Assembly: GCA_030390025.1 (NCBI GenBank)
Contig: CM059432.1
Span: 133,922,001-133,986,000 of the forward strand
Length of the DNA stretch: 64,000 nucleotides
Direction of reading: 5' to 3'
Source: Squalus acanthias
Taxonomy: Eukaryota
Both the position numbers and the translations under genes were made by a program. Positions 50,185 through 62,413 of this stretch are shown one piece after another. Every line of letters starts with the position of its first letter. Positions within the stretch are counted from its first letter, which is position 1. The notes beneath the pieces were generated by a model that had not been told where the DNA came from, did no database searches, and saw nothing but the letters and a program-made list of their open reading frames with translations.

Positions 50185-50367
50185 CCTCGCTACCTCTCCT
50201 TTAAGATGCTCCTTAAAACCTACCTCTTTGACCAAGTCTTTGGTCACCTGTCCTAATATCTCCTTATGTGGCTCAATGTCAAATTTCATCTGATAACGCT
50301 CCCGTGAAGCGCCTTGAGATGCTTTACTATGTTAAATCCGCTATATAAATGCAAGTTGTTGTTGTTG
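50185..50367 (+). mobile_element. L2 LINE 3' end
   Basis: SFKMLLKTYLFDQVFGHLS* followed by a UTR ending GCTATATAAATGCAAG(TTG)n; a second short tail lies at 50525-50592. Confidence 0.85.
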
Positions 50368-51356
50368 AACCAACCCCAACATGGAGTCGGGAGAGGAGGG
50401 GATAGGAGAAAATTGTTAGGATTATAAAATAGTATCACAGAATGGTTTTACACTTAAAATTTAAACTAGTCAATTGCTCTCACTCAAGCTAAATTCAAGT
50501 AAAGAAGAATAGAACAATATTATTCTGTGAAGCGCCTTGGGATGCTTTTACTACATTAAAGGCGTTATATAAATGCAAGTTGTTGTTGTTGCTGTTATCC
50601 CACATAATGAGTATATAGGTCCTGCAGGTCGTATGATGGATGAGTGAGGAGATCTGCCATTGGCAATTGGCAACTTCCCTTCCCTAAGGAAACCCTGTAA
50701 TGAATTATGACATCTCCTGCACCATGACCTCCCAAGCGGGTCTCTCACATCACGGCTGCTCACAGTGCCATTCAGATGGTTGCAACTGAGAACGGACAGG
50801 CCATGGAATGGCAGGATCAGGTGGGCCTGTACGCTGAGAAACATGGAGCCCAGTGTCAGAGTGTCAGGAGGACCTATTATCAGGGAATTCTTCCATGTCA
50901 GCTGCCAAGGACTTTCATCAGGCAATCACTAGTCATACCTTGTCCTTGGATCAAAGTGTCACCCTTTGCAACATTGAATCACAACATCTCCCTAGAGTTC
51001 CTATCAACTCCCAATCATTTCACACATCGACATCTCTCTTTTTGGCGCTCATTAACACTTCATCCCTACCAGGCCTGGTCAGACCTAATGTTACCATGAA
51101 GTTACAAAGCCAAACCAAAATGCAACATCATTTTAATTTTAGAATTAGTGCTGATCAATTATAAAAGGGTCTTGGGAGTGAGGTGAACCTTGTCTCATGT
51201 TAGCTACGTCCTGGGAAGGAACCTATGTGTTGCATACTTCGTGCACCTGCCTGGCCCTGCCTCCTACATGCTCTTTGAGTAGGTCATTTAGGGGTTAAGC
51301 CAGAGGTCTGGCATGTGCTGCTACCCTGAGAAACAGCAGCCTCATATCAGATGACT

Positions 51357-53168
51357 CTAGCCTGACATAGTCAAACTCACAGCATCATACCTGTCAGCCA
51401 ACGTCCCAGACTCCTCCAGCACCATCCCTGGGTATGTCCTGTCCCACCAGGAGGAGAACCCAACCGAGGTGGTGGTACAGTGGTATAGAGTCAGGAGGGA
51501 ATGACCCTGGGAGTCCTCAACATTGACTCTGGACCCCATGAAGTCTCATGGCTTCAGGTCAAACATGGGCAAGGAAACCCCCTGCTGATTATCACCTACT
51601 GCCCTCCCTCAGCTGATGAATCGGTACTCTTCCATGTTGAACATCACTTGGAAGAAACACAAAATGTACTTTGGGTGGGGAACTTTGATGTCCATCACTA
51701 AGAGTGGCTCGGTTGTACCACTACTGACCGAGCTGGCCGAGTCCTGAAGAACATTGCTGCCAGACTGGGCTTGCGGCAGGTGTTGAGAGTACCAACATGA
51801 GGGAAAAACATCCATCATGTTGTGTGGCACTACCACCATTCCACATGGGATAGATTCAGAACAGATCTAGCAGCTCAAAACTGGGCATCCATGAGGTGCT
51901 GTGGGCCATCAGCAGCAGCAGAATTGTACTCCAACACAATCTGTAACCTCATGGCCTGGCATATCCCTCACTCTAACATTACTATCAAGCCAGGGGACCA
52001 ACCCTGGTTCAACGAGGAGTGTAGAAAAGCATGCCAGGAGCAGCATCAGGTGTACCGGAAAATGAGGTGCCAACCTGGTGAAGCTACAACACAGGAGTAG
52101 ATGCATACTAAACAGCGGAAGCAGCATGCTATAGACAGAGCTAAGAGATCCCACAATCAGATCAAATCTCTGCAATCCTGCCACATCCAGTCGTGAATGG
52201 TGGTGGACAATTAAACAACAAACGGGAGGAGGAGGCTCCATGAATATCCCCATCCTCAATGATGGCGGAGCCCAACACGTGAGTGCAAAAGACAAGGCTG
52301 AAGCATTCGCAACCATCTTCAGCCAGAAGTGCCGAGTGGATGATCCATCTCGACCTCCTTTGATGGTCCCCACCATCACAGATGCCAATTTCAGCCAATT
52401 TGAGTCACTCCACATGATATCAAGAAATGGCTGAGCGCACTGGATACAGCAAAGGCTGTGGGCCCCGACAACATCCCGGTTGTCGTGCTGAAGACTTGCG
52501 CTCCAGAACTAGCCACACCTCTAGCCAAGCTCTTCCAGTACAGCTGCAACACTGGCATCTATCCGACAAAGTGGAAAATTGCCCAGGTATGTCCTGTCCA
52601 CAAAAAGCAGGACAAATCCAATCTGACCAATTATCACCCAATCAGCTTACACTCAATCATCAGCAAACTGATGGAAGGTGTCGTCGACAGTGCTATCAAG
52701 TTGCACTTACTCACCAATAACCTGGTCACCGATGCTCAGTTTGGGTTCCACCAGGATCACCTGGCTCCAGACTTCATTGCAGCCTTGGTCAAAACAAAAA
52801 GAGCTGAATTCCAGAGGTGAAGTGAGAGTGACTACCCTTGACATCAAGGCAGCATTTGACCGAGTGTGGCACCAAGGAGCCCTAGTAAAATTCAAGTCAA
52901 TGGAGATCAGGGGGAAAACTCTCTGCTGGCTGGAGTCATTCCTAGCACAAAGGAAGATGGTTGTGGTTGTTGGAGACCAATCATCTCAGCTCCAGCACAT
53001 CGCTGCAGGAGTTCCTCAGGGCAGTGTCCTGGGCCCAACCATCTTCAGCGGTTTCATCAATGACCTTCCCTCCAACATAAGGTCAGAGGTGGGGATGTTC
53101 GCTGATGAGCAGTGTTCAGTTCCATTCGCAATTCCTCAGATAATGAAGCAGTCTGTGCCCGCATGCAA
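51357..53168 (+). mobile_element. Internal fragment of the 21301 LINE family (APE + RT)
   Basis: Collinear with 21770-23395; [30 protein letters not shown]. Confidence 0.9.
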
Positions 53169-54226
53169 CAATAAAGGCAGTATTGCTCCAATTTTAGTCG
53201 GAGGCCTGAGCAGGGGAGCAGTCATGGCTTCCCCACCAGACCAGGCCTGCCAGGAGGGTGATCGTGGGCCAGAAGAAGCCCAGGCAGTTAAGTTTTACAT
53301 TGTTTATTTTAGGTTTCATTGTGGGCCAGGAGGAGCTTATCCGGGTTCCATGACGAAGGCTTGGGCCTCTCTTGTCACGGAATTCCCCCATTACTCCCCT
53401 CCCCACCGCCCCACCCAACACGTCCAGAGCCCTCTTCACCACCTACCTGCGGCCCCGCTTCGATTGGGTTGGCGAAAACATTTATGGAAATGAAGCCTGG
53501 CCGTTAAGGTCGGCCTGTTCCTCCATGTCCCTGGACACCCCGGGTTCACCGCCCGCTTCAGGGCTCGCGCCCATCGTATCTGCCTCTCCCCCCACCCCCA
53601 CCCCTTTAAAATCAGGGCCACGTTGTCTCAAAATTGGTTCAAAACAATTGTGTACTTAATTAAAGCATGTGGTGACCTCTTGAACTCCAGCAGCTGCAAA
53701 GAACCAAATGGTTCTCAGATCTTCATCTACCCGAATTATGCAAATACTGTCCCAAGTGCCTTCAAAAGGGGAGGAGGAAAAGAAAGAAATAAAATTAGAG
53801 GGGAGGAACAATCTGAACCACTTCTGTGACATGCAGAGAGATATCTGCCACATTAGCCCTATCTATATACTCGATGTGTTTCGCTGCTTTTCTAATCCCA
53901 GTTGTTATTATGTGGGCTTCCTTTTGCTTATACATTTCCAGTACTTGATTATTGAGAAGTTCGTCAAAATGTATGATATTTAGTCTAGAGGTTATTGAAT
54001 TTTGACTTGGTGCCACAAATCTTTCATGAGAATGACACAGGGGGAATGTGGAGGTTCCAAGCAAACCCCAGTGTATAGGAGTGGTGAGAGCGATCGAACT
54101 GATTTGTCTCTTAATTGCATCACCCCTATGGTGAGTTGAACATTCCCTTTATCTGATTATTCTGCAAAGAAAACACGCTGGAATGTATTGAGAGTAAATT
54201 GATACAAACAGGAGCATTAATAGAAT

Positions 54227-54636
54227 GGGGGATGAATTGATCTGCGCCCATTTTCGGGGGTGAGCTGGGTGTGGCAGAAGGGGCTGGCCCAAGGATCACC
54301 TGAAATTGATCCTTGGCCTCACCTTAATATTTCAGGCGAGCTGCATCCCTAACATTTAAAAAAACCTTTGTGCGGAGCCAGGAGGAGCAGGAATGGTGCC
54401 CCCTGACTCCATATTCCTGGCGATTGACCCCGCCCCACCTCCTCATTGTCCAATCCAAACCCCCGTCCCCTCTCGTGGGGCGAGCTGCCTGTGGTGGCAT
54501 GACAGGCTCGACCCCAAAGATGTAGATAAGGCCCGAGGCCCAATTTCGGGATAACCTCAGGACTCTGTGTTTGGGCGCGAGCTGCACGCAGCGTCGAGTC
54601 TGGGCCTGGAAACGAGCCCAGACTAATTTCCACCCC
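54227..54636. mobile_element. Harbinger-type MITE
   Basis: TIR GGGGGATGAATTG / TAATTTCCACCCC with AAT on both flanks. Confidence 0.6.
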
Positions 54637-55191
54637 AATGTCCTTTAACATTGCTGACTGTAAATTAGAAGGCTTTCTGTCAGAAAATAACACTTTGGAA
54701 TACAGCGTATGAGTAATTAGAAACGTGACATATGGCGAGTGTAGCATGCTTGGGAGGAACAGGTAAGATTGGACTTATGGGTCCCAAAGCTCTCCACCAC
54801 TGGGGGTTTGCCTCAGCTCATGTCTGGGTCTGTTGCAGACTAATTGATAGAGATTGATTGCTATGATTAGTCAACAACTCCATTATCGTTTCATGCGACG
54901 ACCAGGCTGGTAGAAGATGAACTAGATGGACCTTGGTCTTTCTTCGTCTAGCAACTCCTATGTTCGTATGTATCCTTGGTCCTCTTCTCCATGTAGGTGT
55001 GAAGTAAGCAATCCCAAATCTTCATTGAATTCTGTGGTGTTTGCAAATCCAAAATAAATACGTGCTTTGAGGCCCATCCCCTGAGCAGTCTTTGATGGGG
55101 CTACGTGGACATAACGGGGCAGTATAACTGGGCAGAGTGGCCATAGAAATTATTCTCCTGGACACCAGCAATAACAATAATAGGTGATAAT

Positions 55192-55933
55192 GGCCCAAAA
55201 ATTCGTGAGGAAGCCTTCGTGCGAGGGTAAGGCCTCCCCGCGATCTCTCACTGCGCGTTGGCTTTTTCAGTTCCAGCTCGCACGAACTTGATGTTCTGGA
55301 CAGCTGCTGTGCTGGGCTTGCGTATCCCACAGGCGTAGTTAATTCGTGCGAGCTGTGGGATCACGTGACTCAGTTAGAGCCAATGGCAGCACACCATCTT
55401 CCATTCATAACTTTCACATAAGTGCTGTGAAAGCTATGAATACTATAGCCCCCCAAAAGAACCGCTAAACCTCAATTAAATTTTTTAAAAAACCATCACA
55501 TTAATAAAATAAGTATAGTTAAATAAATTAACCATTTTAAATAAAAAATTAAATTTTTGAAAAAATTTAAAATCTTTTAAAAAGTTATAAAAATAAACTT
55601 ACCTGTCTTTAAAGTCTCTAAAAAAGATATACCTGTTAAAAAAAATTCAAAATAATACTTAATTCACTACTTACCTTGTTAAAAGTGGGTCTTACTCCTC
55701 CTTTTTTTATGTGTAGAATCTTCCGTACTTACCTGCACGTTGAAACCACTAAGTGCACTGCATGCGCGCAGCCTGTAGCGCGCACGCGGTTCACCTAGGA
55801 CCCGCCCCCTTTTCCATTCACCAAGTGCCGTTTTCAGCGCATGCGCAGTGCATGCAGAAAACCGGCAATTGGAGACAGAATACGCGAGAGTACACAGTGC
55901 GTACTCTCGCGTAGCGGCACTAATTTTTGGGTC
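55192..55933. mobile_element. Hairpin-rich MITE family, copy 5
   Basis: TIR GGCCCAAAAATT / AATTTTTGGGTC, flanks AAT/ATT; closely similar to 16656-17399. Confidence 0.87.
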
Positions 55934-56295
55934 ATTAAAGTGCCTGTAGAGTGCACTAGTTTCCAAACATCAGCACTGAAAGAGAGCAACAGCATCACGC
56001 AATGTGACATCGTCACTTCCTGACTGTAGTCTCCTGATGATCTCCCTAATGTAGGAGAAAGTAGCTGGCTTTTCTACTTAGCCTGACCAGAAGTTGGCCA
56101 GAGTGTGAGATGCACCTGTTCAAAATCATGAGCACTGATCCTGCCATCATTACTGAGGTCAACCCCAGTCATTAGAAAACTCTCTGATTGGGAGGTTGCC
56201 CGTTGGGGCATAGGAAATAGCTGCTGCTGTAAAACCTAAAGGCCTGAAGCAGCTCAAATGGGATAGCCTAATGGATAAAGGCACACAGTATAGAC

Positions 56296-56763
56296 AGAAA
56301 TAAAGAACTTGTATTTATATAGCACCTTTCACAATCTTAGGACGTCCCAAAGCGCTTTACACCTAATGAATACTTTTGAAGTGTCGACTCGTCACTGTTG
56401 CAATGTAGGAAACACGGCAGCCAATTTGCACACAGCAAGCTCCCATAAACAACAATGTGATAATGACCAGATATCTGTTTTTAGTGACGTTGGTTGAGGG
56501 ATAAATATTGGCCAGGACACCGGGGAAAACTCCTCGGCTCTTCTTTGAAAAGTGCCGTGGGATCTTTTACATCCACCTAAGAGGGCAGACGGGGCCTCGG
56601 TTCAGCATGTTATCAAAAGACGGCACCTCCAAGAGTGCAGCACTCCCTCATTACTACAGTGGAGATTCAGTCTAGATTTTGTGCTCTAGTCTCTGGAGTG
56701 GGGCTTGAACCCAGAACCTGCTGACTCAGAGGTGAGAGGGCTACCAACTGAGTCACGGCTGAC
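56296..56763 (-). mobile_element. Full-length DeuSINE (SacSINE1-like)
   Basis: Uninterrupted tRNA head GTCAGCCGTGACTCAGTTGGTAGCCCTCTCACC..GGTTCAAGCCC, Deu domain and tail. Confidence 0.88.
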
Positions 56764-57766
56764 GAGAGAAATTATAATATAAACAAGACAAAAAATAAAG
56801 GAAAAGTAGGGTTTTTTTTTCTCCGACAGCACGTAAACATAGATGCAATCATCAAAATGATTCAATAAATATTTTCATTAAAATTTTTCTCATGTTTCCT
56901 TTACACTGACTCTGCTGCGATGATAATGAGAATAGTGCAAACCATCTCTTTGCATCTGGGTTAAACAAAAAGAATCAATTCATAATGATGTTCAACTAAG
57001 CATAAAATCAGTTCATCTTAAATCTAGGCTTCACTGTAAAATCTCAGGGGCCTATTCTCAGGTAGGCAGGCATAAGGGCTTGTTGCCCTCCAAAATAACC
57101 TAAAATCTCTGCTTCAGCAAATGAGCAGTTAGGCCTTTATTTAAATATTTAAAATTACTGACGTGAGATTATTTTACATCTACAATAATGTTTACTGCCA
57201 GACTTGCAGAGGCACTTTGCAGGATGGATTTTCTCTGCAAAAAAAAATTAAGGCCTAGATTTTCCTCCACTACCTTGCCCCAAATCGCACAAGATGGTGG
57301 CAAAAATTACAGGAAATTGAGCAGGGCCTACTGCTGCCTCCCCACCCCAACCCTTGATTTATCTCCCACCCCCCCCCCCACCCCCGCCCAAACTAGGACC
57401 ACCACTGGCCAGACCTTCCCCGCCCCTTGCATGCAAATGCGACTTACTGATGAAACGGCATTCTCTGAAATGATACATTACAAATCCTTGCGTTCCCACA
57501 GTTAGTTAGTGGATCATTAATCACAGAGAAAGAAACAGGCGTCCCCTGGAGCTGCTGCAGGAAGGCTTGATGCTGATACTGGGTGCCAAAAGTAGGAAAC
57601 TGTTGCATTGTGTGTGATATATGATAGTTTCTGAGCTGCTGGGGCCATGGAACTGGCAAACTAAGGATGGCAAGTAGGCTAGGAACAATAAATAGCTACT
57701 CTGGAGTTTTAATTCAACTTTCTTTGCTAAGAAGAGATGAACTTGGCAGACCCTTCCCTCCGGAGA

Positions 57767-58326
57767 CTTCCACCATCTACAAGGCACAAGTAAGGAGTGT
57801 GATGGAATACTCTCCACTTGCCTGGATTAGTGCAGCTGCAACAACACTCAAGAAGCTTGACACCATCCAGGACAAAGCAATCCGTTTGATTGGCACCCCA
57901 TCCACCACCTTAAACATTCACTCCCTCCACCACCTGCATACCATGGCTGCAGTGTGCACCATCTACAAGATGCACTGCAGCAACTCGCCAAGGCTTCTTC
58001 GGCAGCACCTCCCAAACCCGCGACCTCTTCCACCTAGAAGGACAAGGGCAGCAGGCGCATGGGAACACCATCACCTCCAAGTACCCCTCCAAGTCACACA
58101 CCATCCTGACTTAGAAGTATATTGCTGATCCTTCATCGTCGCTGGGTCAAAATCCTGGAACTCCCTACCTAACAGCACTGTTGGAGTAGCCTCACCACAC
58201 GGACTGCAGCGGTTCAAGAAGGCGGCTCACCACCACCTTCTCAAGGGCAACTGGGCAACTAGGGATGGGCAATAAATGCTGGCCTTGCCAGCGACGCCCA
58301 CATCCCATAAATGAATTAAAAAAAAT
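57767..58326 (+). mobile_element. 3' fragment of the 21301 LINE family
   Basis: STIYKAQVRSVMEYSPLAW..; same 3' UTR and A tail. Confidence 0.9.
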
Positions 58327-59256
58327 TTACAGCACCGAAACAGGCCATTCGACCCAACAGGTCCATGCCGGTCGGTGTTTATGCACCACCTGAGCCTCCT
58401 CCTACCCCTCTTCATCTAACTTCATCAACATATCCTTCTAAAGTTGATCTTAATTAACACAAAACACAGCCAAAAATTGGTTTAAAGAAGTCCCTAATGC
58501 TTTGTAGAGGCATGAGAGTGCAATACACCCTCACCTTGAAGAAAATAAACTGACAAGTAAACACTCTTCACTTTGAATCGCTGTTTCTTAAATTATTGTC
58601 GAGTGCCTCTATGTATCACAGACAAAATCAAACCAATCCCGTTTTGATAAAGTAACCTGGGACATATGCAGCAAAAACTTGGCCAATTGATCAGTTTGTG
58701 GCAATGCATGAGAAACAAATCTGAATCAACCGCCCCCTCTCCCATTCCTTTCTTTAATAAGCTTAACTCTCCAGGCAGCTTAAAACAGAACAGCGGCAAG
58801 GGAGCTACACATGTAAGGTTAGATCAACTTCAGATCAGTCGAAAAATGCACTAAAAGTAACTGAAAATGATTCGGAGCAAACCAGGCTGAACTTGTTTAA
58901 ATACACAGCCATTGACTAACATGACAGATATAAATAATCTCCTGGAGCTAGAAAATGTTCTGTTTCATAAAGGCCAATGGTTCTTGTAAATATAATGTGA
59001 TCTATAGTAAAAACTGTTTAAGTGACTGAAGTAAAGCAGAGGTTTATGCAAAAATAATGCATCAGGAAACAAGAGTATCGGTGAGAAGCTTACCAGAGAG
59101 TGAAAAAATAAAATCACTGCTGAAATTTATCTCCTGCTCACTGTTCATGAAGTAGAATCAGATGAAATTAACTGTCAGCAAATTTGCTATTGTTTTAAGT
59201 GTGATATTCTTGAACATTTTAGCCTGGATTTTAACTCTCAGCGGGAGTCATGTGGG

Positions 59257-59644
59257 CAGGGTTGCAAACTCTCCATGATGATCCTGGGGTCTCCAGGAAT
59301 TAAAGATTGATATCCTGGCTACTGTTTCCAGCAACTCTGGAGAAAAAATCATAGTGGCGTTAAAACAAATGTGTTTTTTTCCATTTACATTGAACACTTT
59401 TCTTTATTAGTGATGCAAATATTGGAGATGCAGGGGGGTGGGGAAAGGGCTGTTTGGCCGACAGTGAAGAATCATCCAATTGAGGTAACAAAGAGTCTGT
59501 TCACTTTCCAATTGGCTGTGGGAAGGCGCAGCGCTGTGACAATGGGCGTGTCGGGCGACCAATGGCAGGGGGCGTGGGTGCGGAGCCAGGAGAGTCATGT
59601 GATGATACCTCCAGGAATATGTCCAACCAGAGTTAGCAACCCGA
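59257..59644. mobile_element. hAT-like MITE, uninterrupted copy
   Basis: Ends CAGGGTTGCAAAC / GTTAGCAACCCGA; inverted homologue of the 11366-14029 halves; several CCAAT boxes. Confidence 0.7.
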
Positions 59645-61874
59645 CATACAGCCCGGGGCCAAGGCAGACAGGAAACCCTCCGGTTTTCGGGCAGCAGGAG
59701 GCTGGGGACCCAAAGGAAAGGTCCCCGGCAGTCAGGAAAGTGATTAGGAGAGTGGGAGTCAGGAGGATCTCCGATCGGGAGAGGGAGTGGCATCCCTCGG
59801 GGGGGAGGAGAGGCCACTGGTTCTGATCCCAGTTTATTGGCTCCCTCCATGCCCAGCAAGTGCCTGTGCCGCTAGTGTAGAGGAGTGGAATTTCAGTTCC
59901 ACAGTTGCTAGTTTAAAGTTTATAAATCACTAAGCAGTTGGCATCTAATCAGAGAGCAACATGCAAAGGGGAAGGAAGGAGGAAGTATTTAGTCACGATG
60001 CTCTGGCTATCATGGTGGGGGGGCAGGCTTGATGGACCAGCTAGCCTTTTGCTGCCCGTCAATTTTGTGAGTGAGTTTATTTTTAAATGGAGACAACCAT
60101 CCGTGCACAAGCTACTGCTTCATGCCAATGTACAATTTACTTTAATGTTGATTTTAAACTACTTCTTTTGGCTCCAGAAATGTTCCCAGTTACTAGATAA
60201 ACTGCTTATGGCTGAGTGATGGCAAGAACATAAGAACATAAGCAATTGGAGCAGGAGTAGGCCATTCGGCCCCTCGAACCTGCTCCGCCATTCAATACGA
60301 TCATGGCTGATCCTCTACCTCAACTCCACCTTCCCGCCCTATCCCAATAGCTACTTGACTACCTGTACAGGGGAGACTGGAATGGTTTCTGCCCTCAGGC
60401 TAATGGCAGCCATGTTTTTTTTGCCACCTCATAAGTATCTGTGGTCTACTGTTGGATTTTTTTTCAATACAGTCCCCATCACTTATAGCGGGTGTGTTCG
60501 TGCGAACGTGATTTTCCCATTATATGCGATGGCCGGTATAACGGGGTAGCGCTCTATAAAACTAGAATGTTATCGTCATTCATCAGCATCTGTAGTTCCC
60601 TGAACCACTCCCTGAACGAACAACCCTCCCTAGACCTCACCAAGGACCCTGAGCTCCACAGTGCCAACCTCACCCTGTCCGCGGGCATTGGGAGACTAGA
60701 GCAGCAGGGAGCAGGAGCCATCATTCAGAAACAAGCCATGACCAGGGAGAGCATCTCAGCAAGATCCAGAGATGAGGGGAAAACGCACAAATCTTAACTC
60801 CTTCACCAAACAACCCAAACACCTAATTAGGGCACTCAGATCTCGGCTGCTGGAATTATTGTGCATGAAGTGTTATTTTTGTTAAATATAAATGTATTTA
60901 AAAAAACACGCGTCAGTTTTATTTGAACATTATCGAGGTGCTATTTACTTAATGTTTGTTCTTGCATCCAGTGTGCCTTAACAAGGTGCGAACTAGTGAG
61001 TAAGCATTGTTTACTCACTAACGGCAAATGGTTATCGCTTTTTGACTGATATAAGCGACTGCCCGTTTTAAACATTGTAAATGGTGGGGATTGTATTAAA
61101 TTTGCAGCAATATTTTCCAATCAGTTAATTATAATAAATTTGATACTGCTATTTGGCACGCTATCCCCCTTTCAGGTGTCAGGACTTACAGCGCCTGCTA
61201 TGATCCCCATGTGTCCTCCCATGTGTCCTCCTCACACTGGCACTCCAGAAGGGGAGTGTCGAGTTCCAGCGTCACAAATGTATAATGACATTTGCATAAA
61301 TACATGCACCTTTGAGATATTTGTTAAATTGTTTTAAATTCATAGGGCCGTGCTAGCCAAGTAACGTTACAGCACAGAGACAGGCCATTCGGCCCAACTG
61401 CTCTATGCCAGTGTTTATGCTCCACACCAGCCTCCTCCCACCCTACTTCATCTCACCCCATCAGCACAACCTTCTATTCCTTTCTCCGTCATGTACTTAT
61501 CATATAGAGTAAGAAATGTTTAAACTGAAAGATTGATTTTAATCACAGTCTAAATAACTCTGACAATTTGTTTTAGTTCTAAAGTTTGCTCGTGCGGCAG
61601 ACTGTTTATTTTGTACAGCAGCCAGCAGAAATAAATACATAGGTACATGCTAACCACAGCACTGCAATAATATGTCTCCATTTCAGATGTGCCCTCAGAC
61701 ACCACTGCAATTATTTTTAATAAGCTGCACATCACTGTCACTTTCTATCAAGCTCTTTATGTTGTGGGGGGTGGCATCTCCCGTTTGTCAACAAAGAAAT
61801 CTTATCACAGGCGGGCTTCCGTTCACCACTTTTTATCAAACCGACTGTACCTAGAAAAGAGAATGAGACTAATT

Positions 61875-62252
61875 GCAGTACTGAGCCCCACTGTCCCGAA
61901 AGTCCCAGTTTCAATCCTCGGTCAGTGCTGAGGTCGCCAATCTCAGCTGGGCCAGCATTGGGCTGCTGGAATAAGCCCAGAGCACTCCTGGGGATTAAGA
62001 AGAGAAAAATTAGCCAGGGCTCCCGCTCCTGATTACTATCTAGTGACCCTTGGTGGAAGTGCGGGGATGTTGAACAAGAGCTGTGTCGGCTTGGCCTGCC
62101 ATGCCCTCCGTGATAAAAATAACCGACCAATGTTCTACTGTCTAGGACTATTGGCATGAAGAATGACCACTTGGGTGAGGTGCTAGAAGGATTCTTCGAC
62201 CCGTGAATCTGTAGCACAGCCCGAGTCAGTAGCTTCGGAAGAAGAGGGGAGT
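61875..62252 (+). mobile_element. Old unnamed SINE (probably tRNA-derived)
   Basis: Box-B-like GTTTCAATCC; body shared with 15858-16500, 31560-31770 and 6700-6800. Confidence 0.55.
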
Positions 62253-62413
62253 AAACGGAAAACAAAATATACCTAGTCAATCCCTAACTATCTGCTTTAA
62301 CATTACAGTAGATGGGTTTAAGAATACAAAAGTATCTTGTTGGAGTTGCACAAGTACTTCATCTTGGCTGCTATTACTCATAGAGTCATAACAAGATGAA
62401 GTACTTGTGCAGC

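Noticed and set aside
55725..55736. TACTTACCTG matching the 5' end of U1 snRNA (also 38063, 17063)
   Set aside because: The match is only 9-10 nt with no U1 body; better read as splice donors on the opposite strand
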